NCBI GenBank assembly: GCA_023267375.1
Contig: JAHFNJ010000002.1
Coordinates: 89,634 to 127,585 of the forward strand
Direction: 5' to 3'
Length of the DNA: 37,952 nt
Origin: Candidatus Nomurabacteria bacterium
Lineage (GTDB): Bacteria; Patescibacteriota; Minisyncoccia; Phycocordibacterales; UBA9973
Shown: positions 28,532 to 37,952 of the stretch, piece by piece
How the letters are laid out: the number at the start of each line of letters is the position of its first letter
Position numbering within the stretch: position 1 is the stretch's first letter
The notes under the pieces: generated by a model
The model's input: the letters and a program-made list of their open reading frames with translations, nothing else
The model's database searches: none
What the model was told of the DNA's origin: nothing
Made by a program: the position numbers and the translations under genes

Positions 28532-28590
28532 TTGACGATAGGAAAAATTATGGTATAACTATTGACTTTCTGTCTTCAGTATGCTACTAT
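28532..28590 (+). promoter_or_regulatory. Tandem sigma70-type promoters
   Basis: TTGACG-16-TATAAC (TG ext.) followed by TTGACT-17-TACTAT (TG ext.). Confidence 0.7.
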
Positions 28591-28715
28591 ATTGGGGTAC
28601 CTGAATACATCAGCGTCCACGTTGATATATAAGGGTATTTTTTGTTTTCAGCCCTTAAACGGCCAAAAACAATACAATCCCGATACGATGTTTGGCAGAG
28701 CACAACTGCCGCATT

Positions 28716-29333
28716 ATGAAAAAAAACAAATTCGTTTTCTTGCGATCAGTAGTCATGCTCCCGCTCCTAGGCACGACACTCATGGGTACTCCAAGTCTCG
28801 CGATACCGTCAGGAATACCAGGAGCAGCATACTTAAATGGTGTTAAAGTCGAAGAGGCTCCAACTCCTGAAGAATTGCTTCGAGCACAGCGTGCGGCTAA
28901 AATTGATGCTTTCTTTGCAGAGCGTGATATGCCAATTGCTGGCTATGGGATGAAGTTCGTCGAAGTTGCTGAAGAAAATGGACTCGATCCTTTTCTTCTT
29001 CCGGCAATCGTTGCCCGCGAGTCTTCTGGGTATAAGGATCCTTGTAACAAATTTTCTACCAACGGCTTTGGTTGGCATTCATGTAAGGTTGGATTTAAAA
29101 CAATCGATGAAGCAATTGAAGTAGTGGGTAAAAATTTGGGAGGGAATAATCCAAGTACCGCTCAGCACTATGAAGGTAAGGATACAGTAGGTATTTTAAA
29201 TGCTTATAACCCTCCTTCAATTGTTGCAAAATATACACCACAGGTACTTCATATTATGAAGACCATCGCAAACCAAAAATTGCTAACAAATGATACTGTT
29301 GCTACCAAGCAAAGTGAATCATCTGAAAGTTAA
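28716..29333 (+). CDS. Secreted lysozyme-fold protein (lytic transglycosylase/glucosaminidase-like)
   Basis: Signal peptide; AEENGLDPFLLPAIVARESSG (catalytic E-S-S), N.FGW, AYNP..Y..QV. Confidence 0.72.
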   Translation: MKKNKFVFLRSVVMLPLLGTTLMGTPSLAIPSGIPGAAYLNGVKVEEAPTPEELLRAQRAAKIDAFFAERDMPIAGYGMKFVEVAEENGLDPFLLPAIVARESSGYKDPCNKFSTNGFGWHSCKVGFKTIDEAIEVVGKNLGGNNPSTAQHYEGKDTVGILNAYNPPSIVAKYTPQVLHIMKTIANQKLLTNDTVATKQSESSES

Positions 29334-29340
29334 TTATTCA

Positions 29341-29380
29341 ATAAAGAAAAACCCCGACATATGTCGGGGTTTTTCTTTAT
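29341..29380. terminator. Bidirectional terminator
   Basis: ataaagaaaaaccccgaca-ta-tgtcggggtttttctttat perfect palindrome between convergent genes. Confidence 0.9.
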
Positions 29381-29392
29381 TTGTTTGTAGAG

Positions 29393-32300
29393 TTAGATCG
29401 CTTTTGCTTTTTCGATAACAATACTCTTCTCGCCATTTCGAAGTGATACCTTTCCTGAGACTGCGATACATGCTTCTGGCACAACAACAGCAAAAAGGTC
29501 ACCAGCGCTGCGAGGGAACATGACCGCTTCAATTGATCCCGTGAGGTCCATGAATTTGACGAATGCCATTCGTTCATTTTTCTTGGTAAGTACAATGCGT
29601 ACTTCTTCCACCATACCGCCAATCGTGACGGCTGTGCCGTCTCCTATACTTGCTTTTATTTTTTGTACATTTATTTCTTTTGCTGCCAGTTTATCTTTCA
29701 ATCGATCGAGTGGATGGCCTGACACATAGAGTCCAAGCAATTCTTTTTCCCATGCCAATTTTTCCATTTGAGTCGCGGGTGTAGCAGGAGCTAGTGTTAT
29801 TGATGATTTTGGAGCGTCTTCCATTCCGCCGAAGAGTGATACCTGCTGTACGTGTCCGCCCTGCGCCACTTCTTTGTTGAAAGCAAGAAGCAGTTCCATG
29901 TTTGCAAGCAGTGATCCTCGCTCTCCGAGTTCATCCATTGCTCCGCATTTCACCAGCGCTTCAAATGATTTCTTGTTCAAGTTCTTGTGCGTAATTCGTT
30001 CCATGAATTCAACAATAGTATTGAAACGTCCAGACGATTCAGGATTTTTTCGTTCCTTGATAATAGCATTTGCGATATCAGTTCCCATGTTTTTAATGGT
30101 GTAAAAGCCGAATCGGATAATGCCATTTTTGCCATCTCGTGGTTCATGCTCAATCACCGTAAATCCTCCATTACTTTCATTGATATCGGGTGGTAATACC
30201 GTAATGTTCATGTTCTCGCACTCATGGATTATTTCAGCAATTTTTTCGACATCGCCCGATTCAGCCGTCAGAATAGCTGTCATGTATTCGACAGGGAAGT
30301 TTGCTTTCATATAAGCGGTTTGATAGGCGACACGACCATACGACGCAGCGTGCGCTTTGTTGAATCCATAGGCTGCGAATGGTTCGATGAGTTTCCAGAG
30401 CTCCATAGCTTTGGCAGGGTGGAGACCGTTTGCGACGAATCCTTTCAGAAGCTTTTCTTTCTGTGCTTCCATTTCTTCTGGAATTTTTTTACCCATCGCT
30501 TTGCGGAGTTTATCGGCTTCAAGCCATGAGTAGCCGGCAAGCTTGATTGCGATCATCATCACGTCATCTTGGTAGGTTATAACGCCGTAGGATGCGGATA
30601 GGATGTCTTTCATGCGCGGGTCGAGGTATTTTATGTATTCAGCATTTCTCTTTCGTTTAATGTACTCTGGGATCGATTCCATCGGTCCAGGGCGATAGAG
30701 TGCCACCATTGCATTGATATCGTGAATGGTTGTTGGGCGAAGCTCCTTCAAGTAGCGGGTCATTCCAGAACCGTTCAGCTGAAACAGTCCTTCGGTTTGT
30801 CCAGTCGCGAGCAAGGTGAATGTTTTTGGATCATCGAGCGGGATGCGTTCAAGATCAACATCGATATGTCGTGTTTCTTTTACCAAGCGCACTGCGTCTG
30901 CGAGAATTGCCAAGTTTCGAATTCCCAAGAAGTCGAATTTTGGCAAGCCTGCATCTTCAACAGCGTGCATGTCGTACTGGGTGATAATCGCGCCGCCTTT
31001 TGGATCAAGCTGTACTGGAGTGTAATCAGAGAGTGGGGTTGGCGCAATAACGACGCCGGCTGCGTGGACTGAAACGTGCCGAACGCACCCTTCCATTTTT
31101 TTAGCGAGGTCGATGATTTGTTTTGTTTCAGCTTCAGTTTCGTATGCTTTCTTAAGTTCTGGAACCATTTCCATGGCGTGATCAATCGTCATCGGGAACC
31201 CTTGTGATCCCATCGGAATCATTTTTGAAAGACGATCACCGATGGTGTATGGGTAACCCAACGCACGGGCGACGTCGCGAACCGCACCGCGCGCCATCAT
31301 CGTACCGAAGGTGCCGATCTGCGCCACTTTATCTTCGCCGTATCTTTTTTTGGCGTAGGCAATCATTTCATCGCGACGGTTATCAGCGTAGTCCATATCG
31401 ATATCGGGAAGTGACGGACGTTCTGGGTTTAGAAAACGTTCGAACGGCAGTTTGTAGACGAGCGGATCTACGTTTGTAATCCCAATCAAGTAGGTAGTGA
31501 GCGATCCTGCGACCGATCCTCGGATGTTGGTGAGAATGCCGTTTTCGTGCGCGTAGCGCAAAAGATCTCCCACGACGAGAAAGTAGCCAGGATAACCCTT
31601 TTGTTTAATGACACCAAGTTCGTACTCAAGGCGATCGACATACTCTTTCGTTTGCTCGAGACCGCGAACCTTGAAACCCTCATAAGCAAGTTCGCGAAGT
31701 TTTTCGTCAGCTGTTTTACCTGATTCAATTTCAAAATGAGGGAAGTACGCTTTACCGAGTTCGAGATCGTACGTTTCGCACAAGTCTGCGACAAGCATGG
31801 TGTTGTGAACTGCTTCAGGGATATCAGCAAAATAGCGGAGCGCCGTTTCTTCGTCGATTAAAGAAAAATCATCTTTCGAAAATTCAAATTTTCCCGTGTC
31901 TTTACCATCACCTTGAGTGTTGATCTGAAGCAGTGTGTTGTGCGCTTCATGATCATCTTTACATGGATAGTGTGAATCTTGAGTCGCAACAACAGGGATC
32001 TTGTGTTTCTTCGCAAGCGCGATGAGCGCTTCGCGAACCTTTTTATCATTTTCAATGGTCGGGTGTGATTGTATTTCGATAAAATAATTTTCTTTGCCAA
32101 AAATATCTTGGTATTCAGTGATAAGTTCATCGCACTTTTTCATATTGCCGGAAAGTACCATTTGAGAAAGTTCGCCACCCAAGCAGCCAGAAAGGGCGAT
32201 GATGCCATCGTGGTGTTGTCGCAGGAGCTCTTTGTCCATGCGCGGCTTGTAGTAGTAGCCTTCGAGGTTTGCAGCTGTAACGAGCCGGATGAGGTTTTTA

Positions 32301-32602
32301 TAGCCCACTTTGTTCTTTGCAAGGAGAATGAGGTGATAGTAGCGTTTACCAGACGTAACGGCTGTTTTGTCTTTCATGGAACCACTCGTCATGTAGGCCT
32401 CAACCCCGATTATTGGCTTAATGCCTTTTTTGTTGCAGAGCTTGTAGAACTCAATAGCACCATACATATTGCCGTGATCGGTAAGGGCAATTGCCGACAT
32501 TCCAGCCTTTTTAGCGATGTCTACCATGTCCTCAAGCTTGGTTAATCCATCAAGCAAGGAATAGTGAGAGTGGGTGTGAAGGTGGACGAATTTAGAGCTC
32601 AT
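29393..32602 (-). CDS. dnaE: DNA polymerase III alpha subunit
   Basis: FVHLHTHSHYSLLDG, ALTDHG, FERFLNPERPSLPDIDMD, KFDFLG, YGFNKAHA, C-terminal OB fold. Confidence 0.98.
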   Translation of the reverse strand: MSSKFVHLHTHSHYSLLDGLTKLEDMVDIAKKAGMSAIALTDHGNMYGAIEFYKLCNKKGIKPIIGVEAYMTSGSMKDKTAVTSGKRYYHLILLAKNKVGYKNLIRLVTAANLEGYYYKPRMDKELLRQHHDGIIALSGCLGGELSQMVLSGNMKKCDELITEYQDIFGKENYFIEIQSHPTIENDKKVREALIALAKKHKIPVVATQDSHYPCKDDHEAHNTLLQINTQGDGKDTGKFEFSKDDFSLIDEETALRYFADIPEAVHNTMLVADLCETYDLELGKAYFPHFEIESGKTADEKLRELAYEGFKVRGLEQTKEYVDRLEYELGVIKQKGYPGYFLVVGDLLRYAHENGILTNIRGSVAGSLTTYLIGITNVDPLVYKLPFERFLNPERPSLPDIDMDYADNRRDEMIAYAKKRYGEDKVAQIGTFGTMMARGAVRDVARALGYPYTIGDRLSKMIPMGSQGFPMTIDHAMEMVPELKKAYETEAETKQIIDLAKKMEGCVRHVSVHAAGVVIAPTPLSDYTPVQLDPKGGAIITQYDMHAVEDAGLPKFDFLGIRNLAILADAVRLVKETRHIDVDLERIPLDDPKTFTLLATGQTEGLFQLNGSGMTRYLKELRPTTIHDINAMVALYRPGPMESIPEYIKRKRNAEYIKYLDPRMKDILSASYGVITYQDDVMMIAIKLAGYSWLEADKLRKAMGKKIPEEMEAQKEKLLKGFVANGLHPAKAMELWKLIEPFAAYGFNKAHAASYGRVAYQTAYMKANFPVEYMTAILTAESGDVEKIAEIIHECENMNITVLPPDINESNGGFTVIEHEPRDGKNGIIRFGFYTIKNMGTDIANAIIKERKNPESSGRFNTIVEFMERITHKNLNKKSFEALVKCGAMDELGERGSLLANMELLLAFNKEVAQGGHVQQVSLFGGMEDAPKSSITLAPATPATQMEKLAWEKELLGLYVSGHPLDRLKDKLAAKEINVQKIKASIGDGTAVTIGGMVEEVRIVLTKKNERMAFVKFMDLTGSIEAVMFPRSAGDLFAVVVPEACIAVSGKVSLRNGEKSIVIEKAKAI

Positions 32603-32691
32603 AGATACACCAGTATACAGTATCGAGTAATAGGGATAAAGTATCGAAACTGGCCTATTTATGGCAGAATTTTTTTGCTACTATAACACCT

Positions 32692-33291
32692 ATGAAGATA
32701 GTGATTGGTATTGATGAAGTCGGACGGGGACCCCTGGCAGGACCGGTGTGTGTTTGTGCATTTGAATTACGAATTACGGATGATGAATTAAAAATTGAAA
32801 AAGGGCAATTAAAATTAAAAGACTCAAAGAAGCTTTCACAAAAACAGCGTGAAGCATGGATGACAATTATCGAAACATGGCAGAAAGAAGGGAAGTGTGA
32901 TTTTGCCGTATCATATACAGAGGCGGAAGAAATTGATCGTATCGGTTTATCACAAGCTATAAAAAATACACTGAGCTCTTCCTTGCTAAAACTAGCCGAT
33001 CCAGAAGTTGATCCGCTTATTCTTCTTGATGGTGGGCTGTATGCACCAGAAATTTTTAAAAATCAAAAAACAATTATTAAGGGCGATGAAAAAGAGCCAG
33101 CTATTTCGTTTGCCTCAATTGTTGCCAAGGTTCATCGTGATCAGTTGATGGCTGAATATGCAAAACAGTATCCTGAATATGGTTTCGAATCACATGTTGG
33201 CTACGGGACGAAAGCTCACTATGCAGCTATTAAAAAACATGGACTCACACCGCTTCATCGACGGAGCTTTTTAAAGAATCTTGTGAAATAA
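32692..33291 (+). CDS. rnhB: Ribonuclease HII
   Basis: GIDEVGRGPLAGPV, DSKKL, LDG, KGD, ASIVAKV.RD, GYGT, HRRSF. Confidence 0.97.
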   Translation: MKIVIGIDEVGRGPLAGPVCVCAFELRITDDELKIEKGQLKLKDSKKLSQKQREAWMTIIETWQKEGKCDFAVSYTEAEEIDRIGLSQAIKNTLSSSLLKLADPEVDPLILLDGGLYAPEIFKNQKTIIKGDEKEPAISFASIVAKVHRDQLMAEYAKQYPEYGFESHVGYGTKAHYAAIKKHGLTPLHRRSFLKNLVK

Positions 33292-33304
33292 AAAAAGAAA
33301 GCTA

Positions 33305-33333
33305 TTGACTTGTGTACTTATTCATTATATTAT
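33305..33333 (+). promoter_or_regulatory. sigma70-type promoter
   Basis: TTGACT-17 nt-TATTAT. Confidence 0.7.
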
Positions 33334-33422
33334 GATGGTAAATAACGATTTATTTACATTCTATCGTCAAATCAACGTCTATATAAATAAAGTCACTAAT
33401 CTCTTAAAAAAAAGAATAAAAA

Positions 33423-33998
33423 ATGAAAAAGAAAGTTTTAAGTATTATCTTAGTACTGCTTTTTGCGGTAATTGGGCGGATTTTTGCTCAAAGTCATGAC
33501 AGAGGAAGTATTGTTTACTCGGTATATACCGGGACTAGCTTTAGGGCTGGTGGAACATCTCTTGGGACACAACAGATCGGCTTAGGTATAAGCAAGAATG
33601 TTGCAAAGGGTGTATTAAATCTTGGTTTGAGTTATACGACCAAGGATGTATATGTTCAAAAATTTGATAGCACCCTTAATGATTTTCCAAAAGTACCGAT
33701 GAGCTCTGCTCTTGCAAATATCGGTGTAAACATTACCGCTGACAGGTCTGGTTTATTCCAAGGAGTTGCCATTAATGCTCTTGGTGGCGTAGGTTTTACC
33801 GAGAGAGACATTTTTCCGGTTATTTTAGGGGCAGGCATTCAAGTAAATACTTGCTACTGGAATAAATTCGGAAGTGACGAAATTGGTCATTTCAAACTTG
33901 GTTTGTTTTTTGGAATCGACTATCGTGCAGTTCTTGAATCAGGGAATAAGAGTTTTTCCGGGTTTATGAAAGGCGGGATGAACATCTTCATCTTATGA
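33423..33998 (+). CDS. Secreted hypothetical protein resembling a small outer-membrane beta-barrel
   Basis: MKKK..IFA|Q signal peptide; amphipathic Gly/aromatic strands (IGLGIS, LNLGLSY, IGVNIT, LGAGIQV, LGLFFGIDY, GFMKGGMNIF). Confidence 0.65.
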   Translation: MKKKVLSIILVLLFAVIGRIFAQSHDRGSIVYSVYTGTSFRAGGTSLGTQQIGLGISKNVAKGVLNLGLSYTTKDVYVQKFDSTLNDFPKVPMSSALANIGVNITADRSGLFQGVAINALGGVGFTERDIFPVILGAGIQVNTCYWNKFGSDEIGHFKLGLFFGIDYRAVLESGNKSFSGFMKGGMNIFIL

Positions 33999-34017
33999 AG
34001 TAAAAGCAGCTAAAAAC

Positions 34018-34049
34018 AAAAAAGGCTTCTGCATGGCAGGAGCCTTTTT
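34018..34049. terminator. Bidirectional terminator
   Basis: aaaaaggcttctgc-atg-gcaggagccttttt. Confidence 0.85.
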
Positions 34050-34054
34050 CTTTT

Positions 34055-36628
34055 TTACCTATTCATTTTAAGCCATGTACTAATAGCTTCTTGGTCTCGT
34101 TTCTTCCAGAGCGCGCGAGTGAGAATTGTTTCGAGTACTTGGCGTGTGGTACGTTCTGCGCCAGGTGCTGGGTGTTTTTTAAAAAATGATTTTATTTCAT
34201 CCGCATATTTTTTATCGTTGAATACTGCAGTGCTTTCTACAAGGCGTGAGAGCATATGCCCGCCTTCGCCATAGCGAGAGAGCAGGGTCGGCCACTGTTT
34301 CTGTATAAATTTCCATGCGAGCTCTTTACCTTCACGATTTCTAATAACGGAAGCAATGACGGCTGGGGTATCTTGTGAGCGAACACTTTTTGAAAGGGAA
34401 AAAGCAAGTGTCTTGGCAAGGAGTGATTTCTGACGGAATCCACCGAGCGACATCAGGATGCGGCTCTTTTCTTCGTGGAGTGTCTCTTTGTGGTACATTT
34501 TTTGGAGTACGGTATATTCTTTTATTCCACCATAGCGAGCGACGATGCTGTATACAATACCGCGAAGATCTGGTGAAACATTTTCTTTATTTTTCTTGAT
34601 TGAAATAAAGAGTTTCTTTGCATGAGCGATTGTTTTTTCATGTCCATATTTACCGAGAGCGGCGAGCACCAAGCTTCGCAAGAGCGCAGCAGCATGTTCC
34701 TCGCCAAAATTCTTTTCCCAACCTAAATCAGCACCGATCGGGGCAAGTATTTTTTGCGCCATCGCATCAAATAATTTTCGGTCCTGAGTATTTTCAAGCA
34801 GGGCATACATACCGCCGAGTGCTGCAATAATCTCAGTCCATACTGTATACTCCGTTTCGTTTTTGTAACTTTCAAGCATACGCAACACTCGAGTACTTGA
34901 AAGTTCTCCCGCTTCTGCGAGTGCCGCTAAGTCACGAATAACACCAAGACGATCAGCCGTCGATAATTCTTTCGTAGTGATCGGTTCACGCAATCGCAAG
35001 AGCATTTCTTCGCTGTATGCAATGCGAGCCATTGTTGTCTCATCCTTATTGAATTTATACCACGCATCCTTATCCAGTTTTATTTTTTCAGTTTTTCGGG
35101 TGAGCACGATTTTTGTTTCGTCTGTGCTGCCTTTTATTGAGAGTGGTGTAGGCCAGAGTGTTGTATCTTTAATGCTTTTCTTTGAGAGCGGACTAATAAA
35201 GAAGCGTGATTGCTGAAGAGAATATTCAGCTCCGTTTTCACTTACCTTCACCAACGGATAACCAGATTTTCCAGTCCAAACCTTCATCATTTTTTCCACC
35301 GGTTTTTTACTGACCTGTTCAAATGCCTTCCAGAGATCAATCGTGGAAGCGTTGGCATAGCTGTGTTTTTTGAGATAGTAGCGTAGTCCGTCGCGGAAAT
35401 CTTTTTCACCTAAGTATGCTGCGAGCATGCGAATAACTGCAGCGCCTTTTGAGTAGGAGACCGCATCGAATATTTCACCGATTTCATCAGGATGGTTTAC
35501 TTCAATTTCAATGGGGTGCGTATTGCCGAGTGCGTCGAGTTCAAGTGCTTCACCTAAGGATGGGTGACTTGATGCCACAAACTGGTCCCAAATGTGCCAC
35601 TCGGGGAAAAGATGATCAGTTGCTAAGTACTCAATATATGAAGCGAAACCTTCATTGAGCCAGAGGTGGGTCCACCATTCCATGGTGACTAAGTTTCCAA
35701 ACCACTGGTGGGCGATTTCATGAGCGATAACAAGCGCCACAAATTGTTTTGTTATTGTTGAAGAATTTTTTTCATCAATCAAAATAAACCGTTCACGGTA
35801 GGTGATGGCGCCCCAGTTTTCCATCGCCGCTGAAGTGAAGTCCGGGATAGCGATCATATCGAGCGTGTTTAACGGATAGGGGATATCGAAATATGTATTG
35901 TAGAAATCAAGACAACGTACTGCACAATCGAGTGCAAACTCTGCTTGGTGTTTTTTGCCGGGGGTTGCCAAAATACGCACAAGTATGCCATCTTTTGTCT
36001 TTTTCTCGACTGATTCAAAATCGCCGACGATAAAAGCGAGGAGGTAGGTCGACATCTTTGGGCTTGGAGCGAAGCGGACAATTTTAAAACCGGCTTCGTG
36101 TTCATCTATCGCAGTTGGTAGAGTGTTTGAAATAGCAGTGAGATTTTCTGGCACGACAAGATTTACTTCAAAGATTGCTTTGTGAGCTGGTTCATCAAAA
36201 CAGGGGAATGCACGGCGAGCATCGGTTGCTTCAAATTGTGTCGTCGCCATATGATGTTCTTTTCCTCCATGGGTGTAGCTACTTTTGTAGAAGCCGCGCA
36301 TTTTGTCGTTCAAGATTCCGCGAAACACTAAACGCAGTTGGCCGCTTCCTTTGGCAAGGGCAGAAGGAAATCGTAGCGTCGCTGTTTCTGTTTTAGTATC
36401 GTAGGAAATTTTCTGGGCAAATGTTTTGACGCCATCTTTGATGAATTCAGCAATCTCGATATCGATTTCTTTCGAATGGAGTGTTATTTCTTTTGCTGGC
36501 TGCGCAAGAGTGAGTGTAATTATTTCTTCTCCAGTGAAAACGAACGCATCAAGATCAGGTTTGATGGTAAGGAGATAGTGTTCTGGGCGAATATGTGGCG
36601 AGAGACGAATTGATTTCTTTGTTTTCAT
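34055..36628 (-). CDS. pepN: M1-family zinc aminopeptidase with ERAP1-like C-terminal domain
   Basis: TQFEATDARRAFPCFDEP, AAMENWG, HEIAHQWFGNLVT..W.HLWLNEGFA, YSKG. Confidence 0.95.
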   Translation of the reverse strand: MKTKKSIRLSPHIRPEHYLLTIKPDLDAFVFTGEEIITLTLAQPAKEITLHSKEIDIEIAEFIKDGVKTFAQKISYDTKTETATLRFPSALAKGSGQLRLVFRGILNDKMRGFYKSSYTHGGKEHHMATTQFEATDARRAFPCFDEPAHKAIFEVNLVVPENLTAISNTLPTAIDEHEAGFKIVRFAPSPKMSTYLLAFIVGDFESVEKKTKDGILVRILATPGKKHQAEFALDCAVRCLDFYNTYFDIPYPLNTLDMIAIPDFTSAAMENWGAITYRERFILIDEKNSSTITKQFVALVIAHEIAHQWFGNLVTMEWWTHLWLNEGFASYIEYLATDHLFPEWHIWDQFVASSHPSLGEALELDALGNTHPIEIEVNHPDEIGEIFDAVSYSKGAAVIRMLAAYLGEKDFRDGLRYYLKKHSYANASTIDLWKAFEQVSKKPVEKMMKVWTGKSGYPLVKVSENGAEYSLQQSRFFISPLSKKSIKDTTLWPTPLSIKGSTDETKIVLTRKTEKIKLDKDAWYKFNKDETTMARIAYSEEMLLRLREPITTKELSTADRLGVIRDLAALAEAGELSSTRVLRMLESYKNETEYTVWTEIIAALGGMYALLENTQDRKLFDAMAQKILAPIGADLGWEKNFGEEHAAALLRSLVLAALGKYGHEKTIAHAKKLFISIKKNKENVSPDLRGIVYSIVARYGGIKEYTVLQKMYHKETLHEEKSRILMSLGGFRQKSLLAKTLAFSLSKSVRSQDTPAVIASVIRNREGKELAWKFIQKQWPTLLSRYGEGGHMLSRLVESTAVFNDKKYADEIKSFFKKHPAPGAERTTRQVLETILTRALWKKRDQEAISTWLKMNR

Positions 36629-36708
36629 GAGGAGAGTATAACGAAATAAGTACCAAAAACAAAGTAGCTTATTTCTAAAAAATAGAGCTAAAAAGTCGTT
36701 TCGTCGAT

Positions 36709-37952
36709 TTATTCAAATCCCATTGCTTTCGCAATTCGTTCAAGGGCGACAACGAAAGCACCCGCACGGAGGTTTGTTTGCAGATCACGAGCTTTTTCGT
36801 AGACCGTAATAGCTTGGAAACGCATGAGATGTTCGAGTTTTTCAAAAACAACGCTTTCGCTCCAGTGTTCACTTTTCATATTCTGTTCCCATTCAAATGT
36901 TGAGACGGTAACACCTCCTGCGTTTGCCAAAATATCCGGCACCACAGGAATACCGCGTTCAAACAAAATAGTATCTGCTTCAGGGGTTGTCGGTCCGTTG
37001 GCTAGTTCAAAGACCACTTTCGCTTTGATGTTTTCGGCATTTTCCGCTGTAATTTGATTTTCAAGGGCGGCAGGAATGAGGACATCGCATTCAAGTTCGA
37101 GCAGTTCCGTGCTCGTGATTTCTTCTGATCCTGGAAAGCCAATCACTGTGCCGTTTTTCTTTTTAAATTTTTCGAGCGCTTCGATATCGATTCCGTCTTT
37201 TTTATAAATTGCGCCACGTGAATCAGATGTCGCTATAACCGTATGAAGATTTTTACTCCAAATATGCGCTGCGTGTCCGCCGACATTACCGAATCCTTGA
37301 ACAACTACCGTGCAGTTTCCTGGAAGCTGCATCTTTTCTCGTAGTGCATTGAATACGTAAAAACCACCTTGTGCTGTTGCAGTATCACGTCCTTCTGAGC
37401 CGCCATTTGCCAATGGTTTGCCAGTAATGACTGCACCACGTGTGTCGCCAGTGATCTGTGCGTACTCATCTGCCATCCACGCCATCATTTCAGGGGTGGT
37501 GTTTACATCTGGCGCGGGGACATCTTTTTCTGGACCAACGACATCAGAGAGCATGCGGATAAAGGTGCGAGATAAGCGTTCAAGTTCGCTTTTTGAAAGT
37601 TTTTTCGGATCGACAGTGATACCACCCTTACCACCACCCATTGGGATATCGGTGACAGCGCATTTAAGCGCCATCCAAAATGCCAGTGCTTTCACTTCGT
37701 TTACATCAGTATCTTGGTGGAAGCGGATCCCTCCTTTATAGGGTCCGCGAGCATTGTTGTATTGAATACGATAACCCTCGAGTATTTGCAGCGTGCCGTC
37801 ATCCATAACGAGCGGAACAGCGAGCAATATCTCGCGATTTGGCTGGCTCATTAAATCGAGAAACTCTTGCGGGAACGGTCGCAGACTGTTGGCGCGTTCA
37901 AGTTGTGTCATCGCATTTTCAAACGGGTTTGCTGGAAGATTTTTTGGATTGT
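36709..37952 (-). CDS. gdhA: Glutamate dehydrogenase (Glu/Leu/Phe/Val dehydrogenase family); start probably outside window
   Basis: GPYKGGIRFH, MGGGKGG, DVPAPDV, QGFGNVG, ELANGP, PDILANAGGV; frame stays open upstream of ATG 37911 (NPKNLPANPFENAM). Confidence 0.95.
   Translation of the reverse strand, partial: NPKNLPANPFENAMTQLERANSLRPFPQEFLDLMSQPNREILLAVPLVMDDGTLQILEGYRIQYNNARGPYKGGIRFHQDTDVNEVKALAFWMALKCAVTDIPMGGGKGGITVDPKKLSKSELERLSRTFIRMLSDVVGPEKDVPAPDVNTTPEMMAWMADEYAQITGDTRGAVITGKPLANGGSEGRDTATAQGGFYVFNALREKMQLPGNCTVVVQGFGNVGGHAAHIWSKNLHTVIATSDSRGAIYKKDGIDIEALEKFKKKNGTVIGFPGSEEITSTELLELECDVLIPAALENQITAENAENIKAKVVFELANGPTTPEADTILFERGIPVVPDILANAGGVTVSTFEWEQNMKSEHWSESVVFEKLEHLMRFQAITVYEKARDLQTNLRAGAFVVALERIAKAMGFE

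Overview
A 38-kb chromosomal segment of a Patescibacteria (CPR) genome, most likely Parcubacteria/Paceibacteria, judged from 16S signatures and gene content; standard genetic code. Housekeeping genes are rnj (partial), an orphan OppA-like binding protein, secG, secA, dnaE, rnhB, an M1 aminopeptidase and gdhA (partial). RNA genes are a stand-alone 16S rRNA that lacks the anti-Shine-Dalgarno tail and RNase P RNA. A type IV pilus cluster (pilC plus five pilins) contains a 2191-aa adhesin. The most striking pattern is three separately transcribed genes carrying Bacteroidota-style envelope sorting signals in a lineage expected to lack an outer membrane: a C-K-K-D lipoprotein, a T9SS C-terminal-domain protein and an AQ-signal-peptide beta-barrel-like protein. 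Many core genes appear leaderless. The 12.6-13.5 kb intergenic region holds a candidate small RNA, palindromic elements and an uncalled 22-aa lysine-rich peptide gene. All calls are by eye; no database searches were run.
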